Assembly (NCBI GenBank): GCA_963803155.1
Contig: CAWDMN010000059.1
Coordinates: 390,570 to 454,569 of the forward strand
Direction: 5' to 3'
DNA: 64,000 nt
Origin: an uncultured Acidobacteriota bacterium
Lineage (GTDB): Bacteria > Acidobacteriota > Terriglobia > Versatilivoradales > Versatilivoraceae
Below, one piece after another: positions 9,696-20,852 of this stretch; the stretch's first letter is position 1, and each line of letters begins with the position of its first letter. Both the position numbers and the translations under genes were made by a program. The notes beneath the pieces were generated by a model, which saw nothing but the letters and a program-made list of their open reading frames with translations, was not told the origin of the DNA and made no database searches.

Positions 9696-11477
9696 ATGAT
9701 TCAAAGACGGAAAGACATAAGAAATCTCGCCATCATCGCCCACGTCGATCATGGCAAGACCACCCTGGTGGACGCAATGCTGTGGCAGAGCGGCATTTTT
9801 CAGGCGCATCAAAAAGTCCAGGAACGGGTGATGGACAACATCGACCTGGAACGGGAAAAAGGGATCACCATCATGGCGAAGAATACCGCCATTCATTATA
9901 AAGGGGTCAAGCTCAACATTGTTGACACTCCGGGACACACTGATTTTGGGGGCGAAGTGGAACGCAGCCTGCTAATGGTGGATGGAGTCATGCTGCTGGT
10001 GGATGCCTCCGAGGGTCCTCTGCCCCAAACTCGTTTCGTGCTTCGCAAAGCGCTCGAACACAACCTCCCCGTCATTGTGGTCATCAACAAAATCGATCGT
10101 CCTGACGCGCGGATTCAAGAAGTCATCAATGAAGTCTATGATTTGTTCATCGATCTGGACGCGGAGGATGGCCAGATCGATTTTCCAATTCTCTTCACCA
10201 ATGCCAAAGCCGGACAAGCCAAATTGCGGATGGAGGAGGACGCTCGCAATCTGCGTCCTCTCTTCGATGCCATCATTTCCAGGATTCCCGCGCCAGTTTA
10301 TGAAGTGGGTGGAAATTTGCAGTTGCAGATGACCAATATCGATTACAGCGATTATGTCGGACGCCTGGCCATTGGGCGAATTGCGCGGGGCGGCATTCGG
10401 CACGGGGAAATTGTTTCAATCTGTAAGCTCGACGGCAGCGTGACTAAAACAAAGGTGACTCAACTTTGCACGTTCGATGGATTGAAACGAATCGAGGTGG
10501 AAGAAGCCACTGCCGGAGACATCGTTTCGGTGGCGGGCAGCAACGAAATTACCGTGGGCGAAACCATCGCCGACGCGGAGAATCCCGAACCTCTCCCCCC
10601 CTTGGAGATCGATGAACCAACCTTGTCGATGATTTTTTCCGCCAATGTCAGTCCTTTTGCCGGCCAGGACGGGAAGTATGTGACTTCTCGCCACCTGAAG
10701 GAGAGGCTCGACAAAGAGCTTTTGAAGAACGTGAGCCTGCAAATCAAGCCCACCGCTGGTCCTGATGCTTACCAGGTGATTGGACGGGGAGAGCTGCAGC
10801 TGGCCATCCTGCTGGAGATGATGCGGCGGGAAGGATATGAGGTGGAGGTTTCCAAACCGCAAAGCGTAACCAAAGAGATCGAGGGGAAGCTGATGGAACC
10901 GCTCGAGCATCTATTCATCGATTGCCCTGAAGAATTCATCGGAGTGATTACTCAAAAAATCGGCGGCCGCCGGGGAAAGATGATCAAGATGGTGAATCAT
11001 GGCAGTGGCCGCGTTCGGCTGGAATTCCAGATCCCCACGCGTGGTTTGATCGGATTCCGCACCGAATTCCTTACCGACACCCGGGGCACGGGCATCTTGA
11101 ACCAGCTTTTTCACGGGTATGCCGAATGGCAGGGGGATATCCCCACCCGCCCAACCGGTGCCATGGTGGCCGACCGTGGGGGGCGCGCGACGGCTTACGC
11201 GCTCAATAACCTGCAGGAACGCGGAGAGCTCTTTATTCGCCCCGGCGAAGCCGTTTATGAAGGGATGATCTGCGGAGAAAATTCCCGATCCGTTGACCTG
11301 CCGGTGAATGTCACCAAGGAAAAGAAACTCACCAACATGCGCGCCTCCGTGGCCGATGAGGCAGTCCGCTTGATTCCTTATGCCGAAATGGGTTTGGAAA
11401 AGTCACTTCATTTTATCAAGGAAGACGAACTGGTTGAAATCACTCCAACCTCCATCCGCATGAGGAAAAAGAAATGA
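9696..11477 (+). CDS. typA: translational GTPase TypA/BipA
   Basis: G1 motif [16 protein letters not shown]3 motif [13 protein letters not shown]4 motif NKID. The 593-aa length and C-terminal domain are typical of TypA. Confidence 0.95.
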   Translation: MIQRRKDIRNLAIIAHVDHGKTTLVDAMLWQSGIFQAHQKVQERVMDNIDLEREKGITIMAKNTAIHYKGVKLNIVDTPGHTDFGGEVERSLLMVDGVMLLVDASEGPLPQTRFVLRKALEHNLPVIVVINKIDRPDARIQEVINEVYDLFIDLDAEDGQIDFPILFTNAKAGQAKLRMEEDARNLRPLFDAIISRIPAPVYEVGGNLQLQMTNIDYSDYVGRLAIGRIARGGIRHGEIVSICKLDGSVTKTKVTQLCTFDGLKRIEVEEATAGDIVSVAGSNEITVGETIADAENPEPLPPLEIDEPTLSMIFSANVSPFAGQDGKYVTSRHLKERLDKELLKNVSLQIKPTAGPDAYQVIGRGELQLAILLEMMRREGYEVEVSKPQSVTKEIEGKLMEPLEHLFIDCPEEFIGVITQKIGGRRGKMIKMVNHGSGRVRLEFQIPTRGLIGFRTEFLTDTRGTGILNQLFHGYAEWQGDIPTRPTGAMVADRGGRATAYALNNLQERGELFIRPGEAVYEGMICGENSRSVDLPVNVTKEKKLTNMRASVADEAVRLIPYAEMGLEKSLHFIKEDELVEITPTSIRMRKKK

Positions 11478-11492
11478 CCGTCTTCTTCCATA

Positions 11493-11536
11493 GTGAACTT
11501 TCGGCAAGCATACTTGCCGAAAGTTCACATTTTTTC
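11493..11536 (+). terminator. rho-independent terminator of typA
   Basis: A perfect 16-bp stem, GTGAACTTTCGGCAAG-CATA-CTTGCCGAAAGTTCAC, is followed by ATTTTTTCC. It begins 16 nt after the stop codon. Confidence 0.85.
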
Positions 11537-11734
11537 CGCCGGACTCCCGGCTTTTTGGCTGGTGACACGGCTTCGTGCAAGCAGGACCGGGATGTCTTGG
11601 CTGCGTTGCACGGACAAAGACTCGCAGGAGCCCCCTGGGGGGGGGGCGGACGGGCAAGGTGGAAATCCTGGCGGCGGCTACGGCATGGACCGCTTTTTCC
11701 GCCACGGGCATGAGCCTGCGGGAAGGAAACCTCT

Positions 11735-12247
11735 TCAATTGACTGCCGCAAATTCGACTGACGCCGGAGCGTCCGTAGATAGGACTTTGTCGATGTCGAG
11801 CAGGATTTTGACCTTGTTTTGATATTTTCCGAGGCCCAGGATGAAATCAGTGTTGATTGCAACGCCAAAATGCGGCACCGCTTCGATGTTCGTGGGCGCA
11901 ATTTCCATTACCTCGGAGACCTTGTCTACTACAATTCCCATCTCTAACGATCCCACTCGCACTACAATGATGCAGGTTTCAGCGGTCGGTTTGGCAGGCG
12001 GCATGGCAAACTTGGTGCGCAAATCCGTGACCGGGATCACCTTGCCGCGCAAATTGATGACACCCAGGATAAACTCCGGAGTTCGCGGAACAGGAGTGAC
12101 CGGCAAAAGACAAATAATCTCCTGCACTTTCTGAATTTCGAATCCATATTCTTCATTGGACAGAAAAAAACTCAGGAATTTCCCACCAATGGCGTGACTT
12201 CCCGAAGCAGGCTGTGTTGTGGGGTTATTCTCAATTGCCAGGTTCAT
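11735..12247 (-). CDS. cheW: chemotaxis coupling protein CheW
   Basis: CheW-like domain (FLSFFLSNEEYGFEIQKVQEI...GVINLRGKVIPVTDLR). The ATG at 12247 is preceded by GAGGAGG; the track ORF starts 6 nt earlier at a TTG. Confidence 0.9.
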   Translation of the reverse strand: MNLAIENNPTTQPASGSHAIGGKFLSFFLSNEEYGFEIQKVQEIICLLPVTPVPRTPEFILGVINLRGKVIPVTDLRTKFAMPPAKPTAETCIIVVRVGSLEMGIVVDKVSEVMEIAPTNIEAVPHFGVAINTDFILGLGKYQNKVKILLDIDKVLSTDAPASVEFAAVN

Positions 12248-12275
12248 TCTCAAATCCTCCTCAAAGATTGAACGA

Positions 12276-12298
12276 GGGCCTCTGGAATCCAGAGGCCC
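12276..12298 (-). other. intercistronic hairpin between the MCP gene and cheW
   Basis: Perfect 11-bp stem: GGGCCTCTGGA-A-TCCAGAGGCCC. The downstream T-tract on the minus strand is only weak. Confidence 0.5.
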
Positions 12299-12408
12299 GT
12301 TGCCGTGATGCCACCACTCTCGTTTGCTTGAGCCGCAAAATTCGACAATTATGGGTCAAGTTTCAAACGGATAATTTCAGTATCCCCAAAGCTCGAGACG
12401 AACTCTCG

Positions 12409-14517
12409 CTAGAATTCAGTCAAGACACCAGAATCTCCAAATGGGATCAATTCTTCAGGATTGCATTTCTTTCCATTGCTGGGTTTGGCGCCACCGTTGG
12501 ACTTGTGAGAGCCGCCTCCGTGTTTAAAGGCAAATTGATTCGCCGGTTTGCGAATCAAGGCGGCAGATTTCTGGACTCCGCTTTGGCTGGAAATGCTAAA
12601 TGCATGAACCAGATTTTGCATTTCCATGGCTTGGCTGTTCAATTCCTCCGCGGCACTGGCTGATTCTTCCGCGTTGGCAGCCACTGTCTGTGTCACCTGA
12701 TTCATTTGTTCGATGGCTTTGTTAATTTGATTGACCCCATCATTCTGCTGATCTGAAGCAATGGCAATCTCAGCCATCACTTCGGTGACTTTTTTTACCT
12801 GGCCGCTGATTTCATTGAGTCGCGCCAGCATTTTTTGATTACCTGAGACTCCCGCCTCGGCGTTCTTCACTGATTCCTCGATTAAATTGGCCGTGTTCTT
12901 GGCCGCTTCGGCGCTACGGATGGCCAGGTTGCGCACCTCTTCGGCTACCACGGCAAACCCCTTGCCGGCGTCTCCGGCACGCGCAGCTTCCACGGCTGCA
13001 TTGAGAGCCAGCAAGTTGGTCTGAAAAGCGATTTCATCGATTGTCTTGATGATTTTGGCGGTGGCATCAGCGGAAGTTTTGATCTTGCCCACTGCTTCGT
13101 TCATCTCTTTCATCACCTGGGCGCCTTGGTCTGTTGACGCGTTGGCGCTTTCAGCCATGGCTTTGGCTTCCTTGGCGTTAGAGGTGTTTTGCCGAGCCAT
13201 CGAAGAAAGTTCCTGCAGGCTGCTGGAGGTTTCTTCCAATGACGACGCTTGCTCAGAGGCACCTGAAGATAATGATTGGCTTCCTGAACTGATCTGAGTT
13301 GCAGCCGATGTGACCTGCTCCACACCCAAAAGAACCTGGGAAAGAGCTTCATCGAGATTTTGAACAGCCAAATTTAAAGCGTTTTTGATTTTGGCATGAT
13401 CGCCCTGATAGTTGCCAGTCATGCGCGCCGACAAATCTTTCGCGCTGACTTTCTCCAACACTTGGGCCGCTTCGTTGACGGGTTGAATTACCGCATCCAG
13501 AGTAGCATTAATGCCCTGGACCAGGTCGCGATAGCTGCCCTCCAGTTTGGAGGCATCGCCGCGAACTTCTAGCTGTCCTTCTTTGCCAGCCTTGGTCAGC
13601 TTGTCGGTTTCAGACAACAGCCCATTTAAGATCCCCTGGACTTTTTCAAAAGAGTGAATGGAAGCCTTGGTCTGGTCCACCATTCCATTGACCGCCCCGG
13701 ATAAAATGCCCAGTTCATCCTTGGAATCCACGGGCACCTTCTCGATGTCAGCCTTAACCTTGGCGTTAATATCTCCCCGGGCCATGGCTTCCATCGCTTC
13801 TTTGAGGCTCTTGATACACTCATCACGCAAGATGCTGGCGCGCTCCACAACCTGTCCGATCCTTCGGGAGAGGCTGCGGGAGATAAGAAAGGCAGCGCCC
13901 AATCCCACCAAAATTGAGACGATCAATGCGCCGATCATGATGGACTGTGCCTGGCTGGCAATTTGAAGAGTCTTCGTACTGGCGTCCTGGGTGACCCGTT
14001 CTTTCAGGTCGACGAGCTCTTGAAGATGGTTATTGGCTTGAGTCAAGAGAGCCACCGTATTGCCGGCGAAGGTCTCTTTCTTGGCCGCTTCGACATCCCC
14101 CTTTTGAGTCAAGGAATTGATTTTATTAACAATGGGGAGCCAATTCTCGTAGGATTCCCGGGCTTGCTTGAGCCCCGCTTTTCCTTCTGGTGTATAAAAC
14201 ACCTTCTCCATCGCGTTCCAGTTGTCATCAGCCTTCTTTAATGCCGCAGTCAGACTGGCATTGACTTTGGCCGTGGCATCTTCACCAGTTACCAGCAGGG
14301 CCTGCCGCAAATCGCGCTGGATAGTCCTCATTGCTTCCTGCTCCGACAATGCAGCAACAACTCCGGGCATATCCTTATCATTGAATCTTGACATTTCCGT
14401 TTTCATCTTGCCGATGTTAAAGATTCCTACCATGCCGACGGCAAAATTAATAAGCAGAACGAGAATAAATGCGCTCATCAATTTTCCGCTGATTTTCAAA
14501 TCGTTAAACCACTTCAT
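12409..14517 (-). CDS. methyl-accepting chemotaxis protein (four-helix-bundle sensor, HAMP, MA domain)
   Basis: The signalling hairpin is [41 protein letters not shown]. An N-terminal TM helix, sensor domain, second TM helix and HAMP domain are present. The ATG at 14517 (MKWFNDLK) is preceded by AAGGAG. Confidence 0.9.
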   Translation of the reverse strand: MKWFNDLKISGKLMSAFILVLLINFAVGMVGIFNIGKMKTEMSRFNDKDMPGVVAALSEQEAMRTIQRDLRQALLVTGEDATAKVNASLTAALKKADDNWNAMEKVFYTPEGKAGLKQARESYENWLPIVNKINSLTQKGDVEAAKKETFAGNTVALLTQANNHLQELVDLKERVTQDASTKTLQIASQAQSIMIGALIVSILVGLGAAFLISRSLSRRIGQVVERASILRDECIKSLKEAMEAMARGDINAKVKADIEKVPVDSKDELGILSGAVNGMVDQTKASIHSFEKVQGILNGLLSETDKLTKAGKEGQLEVRGDASKLEGSYRDLVQGINATLDAVIQPVNEAAQVLEKVSAKDLSARMTGNYQGDHAKIKNALNLAVQNLDEALSQVLLGVEQVTSAATQISSGSQSLSSGASEQASSLEETSSSLQELSSMARQNTSNAKEAKAMAESANASTDQGAQVMKEMNEAVGKIKTSADATAKIIKTIDEIAFQTNLLALNAAVEAARAGDAGKGFAVVAEEVRNLAIRSAEAAKNTANLIEESVKNAEAGVSGNQKMLARLNEISGQVKKVTEVMAEIAIASDQQNDGVNQINKAIEQMNQVTQTVAANAEESASAAEELNSQAMEMQNLVHAFSISSQSGVQKSAALIRKPANQFAFKHGGGSHKSNGGAKPSNGKKCNPEELIPFGDSGVLTEF

Positions 14518-14548
14518 AGATTTTTCTCCTTTTTCTATTCTTTGGAAT

Positions 14549-15034
14549 TTAAGCAATGGCCATTAGCACGTGATCTGACGCATTTTTAGTTCTTAAAAAA
14601 TTGCTTTGCATTTTGCTGAGCACGGCACCCATATCCTCGAAATTGCTGTCGACGTAACTGATGAAGCAAGGGCACAACGAATGAGCGAGCGTGATATTCG
14701 ATTCGTTGGCATCAGGCAAAATCAGGACAAGGCAGTTGCCCTGCAACAGTTCCCTGATTGCGACAAAGCGTTCCAGCTCGACGCAATCACGTATCACTTG
14801 AGCGCAACAAAAGAACGAAGCGCCATTTTCAGCCTCTCGGATATTTCCAAACCCCTGGGGATGTATATTGACAATTGCACAATCAATCTCCTTGAGAAGC
14901 AGCTTCATTCTCTCCCACCATCTGTCGAAAGAAGGATTGCAATTCCCAAACCAAATATCAGCCAAGACATTTGTGGGAGAGGATGAGGAAGGGGATAATT
15001 GCTCCAAATCAAAATCAATCTGTTGAAAGGGCAA
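14549..15034 (-). CDS. hypothetical protein (first gene of the MCP-cheW transcription unit)
   Basis: A 161-aa ORF from a TTG; the first ATG would give about 119 aa ([13 protein letters not shown]...). I recognise no motif. It is Cys-rich. Confidence 0.35.
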   Translation of the reverse strand: MPFQQIDFDLEQLSPSSSSPTNVLADIWFGNCNPSFDRWWERMKLLLKEIDCAIVNIHPQGFGNIREAENGASFFCCAQVIRDCVELERFVAIRELLQGNCLVLILPDANESNITLAHSLCPCFISYVDSNFEDMGAVLSKMQSNFLRTKNASDHVLMAIA

Positions 15035-15200
15035 GAATTAAATGAAATATTTCAGGGACTGGAAATCGGGCTTGAATCAGAGAGATGAGGAAGAGGCACG
15101 ATGATCCAAGATGTTTTTTCTGTGCAGTGTCATCAATACCTAACAGCATCCTGTCGCCAATTTGCGACAGTGTCATCCTAAGTATTCCAATTCACAAGTT

Positions 15201-15658
15201 CAGTGACGTATTTTCCCTTTTAAGGTGGCTTTTCATTAATCCCACGCTTCAGCGCGGGGGTCTCGAGTTTTAACATTTTTACCGCGGAGCGGTTAGGGAA
15301 ATTAGCCTGGGGTAAAAGAGCGTCTTTTCTCTTTTACCCCAGGTAGGATCAAATCAATACCAGCGGGCACTCCAGCGGAGTGCAGGAGGGGAAGCCTTTT
15401 GCCCATCGAGGACATTGGCCGGATCGATTCCCTGGATCCAATGGACACAAGATCTGAGAAATGTTATCGCGGCAGCTGAACTCCCGCACCCCTCCAGGGT
15501 GCAACGGAGGTGAAAACTGATGGTATCCTGGGGTGTGCGGCGAAACGCCGCAAACCCCAGGCTAATCTCCTCTACCGCTTTGCGGTAGAAAAACATTGAA
15601 ACTCCAAAACTCCGCGTTGAAGCACAGGGTCAATGAAAACCCAAGGAATTCGTCACTG
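15201..15658. mobile_element. foldback / MITE-like element with long imperfect inverted arms
   Basis: The left arm (15201-15313) aligns with the reverse complement of the right arm (15554-15658). Both begin with CAGTGACG and both end with ATTAGCCTGGGGT. Roughly three quarters of positions are identical, with a few indels. The 240-bp core is full of short GC hairpins. There is no credible ORF. Confidence 0.55.
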
Positions 15659-15695
15659 TTTTTATGAATTCAACTACTTAGCGACGTCCTTTATA

Positions 15696-17141
15696 TTATG
15701 AAACGGCCGATGGGGGGAATTCCTGTTTCGTTTGTCTGGTGATTCCATGCCTATTGATAAGCTTGTGCAGGTGGGGGCGCGATATTTGAGCCACGCGGCA
15801 GGCCTGGGAAATATTCCAATGTGTATAATCGAGCAGTTCCAATAAATACTTCCGTTCGTTTTCTTCACGAAACCGTGAAAGGGAGGAAGGTGACAAAACT
15901 GGGGGGATTACATCGACATGAACGGATTCTATTTCTTCCAGGCCCTGATAGAATTGTTTCCCCCTAATTTGGCCGCGCACCAACTGCACACGGATGGATT
16001 TGGGCAGATGGACTGGAAAGAGGATAGGCTCGTCCTTGGCGGCGGATAATGTGTAGTCCAGCGTGTTAAAGAGTTCCCGGACATTTCCGGGCCAGGAATA
16101 TTCGTTCAAGGCCTCCACAAATTCCGGAGAGAACCCTTTGGTGTTGATTTTTCGTTTTTCGCACTGCCGGCTGATGTAATGAAGAGCCAGGTCAATGACG
16201 TCTCCTTTCCGTTCGCGCAGCGGAGGGAGGTGAAGATAAAAGGAGCGCAGCCGAAAGAGCAAATCTTCCCGGAAAGTGCCATTCCTCACCATAAGATCCA
16301 GATCGCGATTCGTGGCGGCCACCAAGCGAAAATCGCTTTCCACCTCTTCCCGACCGCCCACCGGCCGGAATCGCTTCTCCTCCAATACCCGCAGAAAATT
16401 CTTTTGGATAACCAGGGGGAGTTCCCCCACTTCGTCCAAAAAAAGCGTCCCGCCATGGGCTTGGCGGATAAGGCCTTCTTTGCGTTCCATGGCGCCGGTA
16501 AAGGCCCCTCTTTCATGCCCAAACAAGATGCTTTCAACCAGAGGTTCGGGCAATGCCGTGCAATCCACCACGACAAAGTTTTTTCCGGCACGGAGACTGT
16601 TGGTGTGAATGGCCAAGGCAAAGCAATCTTTTCCGGTGCCGGTTTCGCCGGTAAGGAGCACGTTGGCATCGGTTCCGGCCGCCCGGGCCAGCTCGTCCAA
16701 CGCTGATTTCATGGCCGCACTGGATCCGACGATGCCTTCGCGATCCAGGGATACCGCATGTTGCGGATTAATTCTCAGACGTCGATATTCCAAGGCCTGC
16801 TTGATCGTTAGTTGCAGGTATTGGGGGAAGGACTGTTTTTCAATATAATCCCAGGCCCCGCTCTGAATTGCCAGTTCCGCCCCGTCCGGATCCCCTTCGC
16901 CAGTGAGGATGATCACCATGGGGGATCCAGAGGTGTTCAAAATATGGGGAAGAGAGTCCAACCCATTGCCATCCGGCAGATTCACATCGAGGAACACCAG
17001 ATCAAATGGTTCAAGCAAGAGTCGTGAAAGCCCCTGCGCCAGCCTTGTCGCACAAACGGGGTGATATCCGAATTTGGATATCATGGCTGAGAGCGCACTG
17101 CACATCGATTCGTCGTCATCAATTATCAGGATTTTAGCCAT
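15696..17141 (-). CDS. sigma-54-dependent response regulator (NtrC family)
   Basis: Receiver domain (KILIIDDDESMC...DVNLPDGNG); AAA+ domain with Walker A GETGTGKD and the GAFTGA loop; C-terminal HTH. Confidence 0.9.
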   Translation of the reverse strand: MAKILIIDDDESMCSALSAMISKFGYHPVCATRLAQGLSRLLLEPFDLVFLDVNLPDGNGLDSLPHILNTSGSPMVIILTGEGDPDGAELAIQSGAWDYIEKQSFPQYLQLTIKQALEYRRLRINPQHAVSLDREGIVGSSAAMKSALDELARAAGTDANVLLTGETGTGKDCFALAIHTNSLRAGKNFVVVDCTALPEPLVESILFGHERGAFTGAMERKEGLIRQAHGGTLFLDEVGELPLVIQKNFLRVLEEKRFRPVGGREEVESDFRLVAATNRDLDLMVRNGTFREDLLFRLRSFYLHLPPLRERKGDVIDLALHYISRQCEKRKINTKGFSPEFVEALNEYSWPGNVRELFNTLDYTLSAAKDEPILFPVHLPKSIRVQLVRGQIRGKQFYQGLEEIESVHVDVIPPVLSPSSLSRFREENERKYLLELLDYTHWNISQACRVAQISRPHLHKLINRHGITRQTKQEFPPSAVS

Positions 17142-17189
17142 GCTTTTTTGATCCTATTGAGTGCCGCCACCAGCGGGGCGGGTAATTAT

Positions 17190-20100
17190 TTATTTGCCGT
17201 CAGGGTTCTTTCCGCCGCCCGCTGCCAATGCTCCGGCCAGAGACGCCGCCAGGGTCCCGATCCGAATGGGTTTGAGCAATAATTCCCTTATCCCACACTC
17301 TTCGAGCTTGGCTTCGGAAATCCGGTCGCTGTAACCCGAGCATAAGAGGATAGGAATGTCCTGACGAATTTTCCGGATTTCCCATCCCAATTCGAGCCCT
17401 GTCATGTCTGGCATGGTTTGGTCGGTGAGGATCAGCTGGAAATAGCCGGGCCTCTCTCTAAAAAGCTTCAAGGCGGCCAGACCACTGGATAGAGCCAAGG
17501 GACGATAACCTAACTGTTTTAAGCTTTCCTTCAGCACCTTGGCGATATCAAGCTCATCATCGACTATCAGAACGTGTTCTCCATTGCCCCGCGCCAAGGG
17601 ATGAGTACCGGCAGAGGGTTCTTCCAATTGGCCCATTTCGAGCATGGGCAAAATTACTTCAGCTGTAGTCCCCACTCCCACCACGCTCGAAATCCGGATG
17701 GCTCCAAGGTGATTTTTTACGATACCGTGGACTACCGACAATCCTAGTCCCGTACCTTGTTCTTTGGGTTTGGTCGTATAAAAAGGTTCAAAAATCCGGC
17801 CCGCCACTTCCTGGCTCATCCCCTCACCGCTGTCGCGCACGGTCAGTTTGACATAATTCCCCTGGTTGATTTCTCCCCATTGGAATGCGAGATCCTGCCC
17901 GATTTTTTCTTCCGTCAAACCGATATAGAGTTGCCCGCCCCGTTCTCTCATGGCATAAGCCGCGTTGGTGCACAGGTTCATGAGAACTTGGTGGATTTGG
18001 GTGGGGTCGGCCATGATCACGAGGGGCCGCGTTGCCAATGCCGGAACGATTTTGATGGTCGAGGGGATCGAGGCCCGCAAGAGTTTCATCGTCTCTTTGA
18101 CAATCAAGTTGACTTGGATGGGCTTCAGTTCCTGCTTGCCCTGCCGGCTGAAGGTGAGAATCTGCTTGACCAGGTCACTAGCCCTCTTGATTCCAATCAG
18201 GATTTGTTCAAGGTATGGTTTCGTTTCGCCATTGTCGGAATGGTCTTCCAGCAGGGCAAGTTCTGCAAATCCCATCATAGATCCCAGAATGTTGTTAAAG
18301 TCGTGGGCAATTCCCCCGGCCAGAGTGCCGAGGGCCTCTATCTTCTGGGCTTGGCGCAGCTGTTCTTCCAGCATCGTCCGGTTCGCCTCGGTTTGCTTGC
18401 GTTCGGTGATATCCACGCTGACAGCCAAAATCTTCGCAAAATTTCCCGCTTCATCTTGGAGCGGGCGTTTCGTGGTTTGATAATAGCGGGTTTCGCCAGT
18501 GGGCCAGGTGAAGGGTTCCTCGGCAATGAATTTCTCGTTCCCCGTGGCAAAGATTTCCTCGTCATCTAGCCGGTATTTGGAGGCTTCTTCAGAGCGCATC
18601 CCCAGTTCGATATCGTTCTTCCCCACCATCAGTTCAGGAATTGTGCCATTTGCCTCCGCCATGGCCCGGTTGGCTAAAATGTAACGGTCTTCCATGTCCT
18701 TGACAAAGATCAGATTGGGATTCATGTCAATGACTTGTCGCAAAAATAGGCGATGGCGTTCGGCATCGCGCTCCGCCCTCAGTCGGTCAGTAATGTCCCA
18801 AAAGATGCCTTGTATGCCCATCACTCGCCCTTCACCGTCCCGGAGCGGGACTTTGATGACTTGGACAAACTGGCTCTTGCCCCCTCCTGGTTGCAAATGT
18901 TCTTCCACTAACTCCAGGAGGTCTCCTGTCTCCAGAACTCGTTGGTCATCCGCTTGGTATTTACAGGCAATCTCGGGCGGGAAAAAATCGAAATCAGTTT
19001 TTCCCAATATTTCCGCGGCTGGTTTTCCCCCCATCTGACAAATGCGCTGGTTGACGAAGGTAAACCGCCCCGCAAGGTCTTTGCGGTATACGAATTGAGG
19101 CAGGGTCTCCACCAGGGAGTGATAAAGCCGCTCGGATTCCCCGAGCCGTTCTTCTGCTTGCTTGCGCTCGGAGATGTCGCGCACTTGGGCGAGCACGCGC
19201 CGTTGCCCGCCGATCTCGGCGGCTTTTAAAACAACTTCCACCCAGAACAGCTCGCCGCTTTTCTTCCGGGCTTGCCACTCGAACTGTTGAGGCCCCTCGT
19301 TGCTGGCTTTGGTAATCCACTGCCGGGCTTCCGCCTCTGAGAATGGGCTTTCACTCCGGCTGCTGGCATCGATGGTCAGCCGCAAAGCTTCTTCCCAGTC
19401 CACTTCGTACAGGTGCAACATAGACTCATTGACATCGAGGACGGCCAGGGTGTCTACGTCGAGGATAATCATGGCGTCGTTGGCGGCATTAAAAATCTCG
19501 CGGTAATTCCGCTCACTCAGCCGCAACGCCTCATCGGCCCGCTTGCGTTCGGTGATGTCGCGGACAAAGACCAGGTGCGCGGCCCTCTCTTGGAAACAGA
19601 TGGCTACCGCCGTAGTTTCGACCACAACCCGCGAGCCGTCGATGCGCAAATATTCCTGATCCATGAGGGGAGCCGGCATCCCGGTCTCGCGCTGAAACCG
19701 GATACGCTCGCGAATGGATTCGTGGAATTCCGGGGCCATTCGGTCCATGATTTCCCGGCCGAGTAGATCTTCCGGCTTCGCCGCTCCGGTGAGCTTGACC
19801 ATGGCCGGATTAACGTAAACGAAACGTCCTTCGCTTTGCACGAAGATGGCTTCTGGAGCCGCCTCCACCAGGGTACGGAAACGATCTTCACTTTCCTGCC
19901 GCGCCTGCTCCGACCTCCGTCTCTTGGCTTCTTCTTCCAATCGGTCCAATCCAAAGGAAATGTCCATCGCTACTTCGTCTAGCAGGGCGACCTCCTTGTC
20001 CTGGAAGAAATCTGTTTCGCCAGCGTACAGGGTCAAGGCGCCGCAAATTGCGCCACCCAAACGAATTGGGAATGCTGCCGCCGCGCGAATCCCTGCTTGC

Positions 20101-20852
20101 GCAAACTCTTCACGCCAGGGGATTGTCCGGTTGTCGGCCAGAAAATCGTTAAAAACAGCAGCGGCCCCTTCCCGGATTGCCGTACCCGTGGGGCCACAAC
20201 CTTCGGGACGATCGTCGGTATAAACCGTGACTGTTTTGACAAATTCCGCCAACTCGCCTGCAGCGGCAATAGGGGCAACCGTACATCCGCGGGCATCATG
20301 CCATGCGATCCAGGCCAACTTGAACCTGCCATGCTCAGTGGCTATACGGCAGACCTGTTGAAAGAAGCCGTCCCGTGAAGCTGACTTAATAAGGGCTTGA
20401 TTGACCTGGCTCAGGAAGGCGTATAATCGGTTCATCCGGTGAATCTCTTTTTCAGCCTTTTTGCGTTCCGTGATATTGCGCAAATCCAGGATGGCTCCCG
20501 AAAATCCTCCTTGCGTCTCATAGAGAAGGCGGATGGCAGACTCCAACCAGATATATTCCCCAATGGCGTTCAGGTAACGAACATCCATTTGAATTGTCTG
20601 AACGTGTTGGGCTAGAGCCTTTTGGGCTTGCGCGCGCAAAATCGCGGCGTCCTCGGGATGGATTAATTCGAAGATTTCCTTCCCGAGATTCGTGGCCGGA
20701 TCATAGCCCAAGGTGCGTGTCACCGATGGGCTTATGTAGATGATTCGGCCCTGCCCATCGACTTGAGCGATCACATCCGACATGTTTTCGGCGAGCAGCC
20801 GCAATTGGTGCTGGCTCTCGCGAAGAGCGGCCCCTGCCTTTTTCGATTTCAT
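17190..20852 (-). CDS. multi-PAS/GAF hybrid sensor histidine kinase with C-terminal receiver
   Basis: A 1220-aa protein. It has repeated PAS modules, each ending in ...DIT/SERK. H-box: IAHDFNNILGSMMGF. G-box: GTGLGLSVVHGIVKNH. Receiver: HVLIVDDELDI. It lies 48 nt upstream of the regulator gene. Confidence 0.9.
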   Translation of the reverse strand: MKSKKAGAALRESQHQLRLLAENMSDVIAQVDGQGRIIYISPSVTRTLGYDPATNLGKEIFELIHPEDAAILRAQAQKALAQHVQTIQMDVRYLNAIGEYIWLESAIRLLYETQGGFSGAILDLRNITERKKAEKEIHRMNRLYAFLSQVNQALIKSASRDGFFQQVCRIATEHGRFKLAWIAWHDARGCTVAPIAAAGELAEFVKTVTVYTDDRPEGCGPTGTAIREGAAAVFNDFLADNRTIPWREEFAQAGIRAAAAFPIRLGGAICGALTLYAGETDFFQDKEVALLDEVAMDISFGLDRLEEEAKRRRSEQARQESEDRFRTLVEAAPEAIFVQSEGRFVYVNPAMVKLTGAAKPEDLLGREIMDRMAPEFHESIRERIRFQRETGMPAPLMDQEYLRIDGSRVVVETTAVAICFQERAAHLVFVRDITERKRADEALRLSERNYREIFNAANDAMIILDVDTLAVLDVNESMLHLYEVDWEEALRLTIDASSRSESPFSEAEARQWITKASNEGPQQFEWQARKKSGELFWVEVVLKAAEIGGQRRVLAQVRDISERKQAEERLGESERLYHSLVETLPQFVYRKDLAGRFTFVNQRICQMGGKPAAEILGKTDFDFFPPEIACKYQADDQRVLETGDLLELVEEHLQPGGGKSQFVQVIKVPLRDGEGRVMGIQGIFWDITDRLRAERDAERHRLFLRQVIDMNPNLIFVKDMEDRYILANRAMAEANGTIPELMVGKNDIELGMRSEEASKYRLDDEEIFATGNEKFIAEEPFTWPTGETRYYQTTKRPLQDEAGNFAKILAVSVDITERKQTEANRTMLEEQLRQAQKIEALGTLAGGIAHDFNNILGSMMGFAELALLEDHSDNGETKPYLEQILIGIKRASDLVKQILTFSRQGKQELKPIQVNLIVKETMKLLRASIPSTIKIVPALATRPLVIMADPTQIHQVLMNLCTNAAYAMRERGGQLYIGLTEEKIGQDLAFQWGEINQGNYVKLTVRDSGEGMSQEVAGRIFEPFYTTKPKEQGTGLGLSVVHGIVKNHLGAIRISSVVGVGTTAEVILPMLEMGQLEEPSAGTHPLARGNGEHVLIVDDELDIAKVLKESLKQLGYRPLALSSGLAALKLFRERPGYFQLILTDQTMPDMTGLELGWEIRKIRQDIPILLCSGYSDRISEAKLEECGIRELLLKPIRIGTLAASLAGALAAGGGKNPDGK

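Noticed and set aside
15421-15445. A tRNA T-arm-like sequence, GGATCGATTCCCTGGATCC.
   Set aside because: The loop is 9 nt rather than 7. There is no acceptor, D or anticodon arm around it. It lies inside the foldback element.
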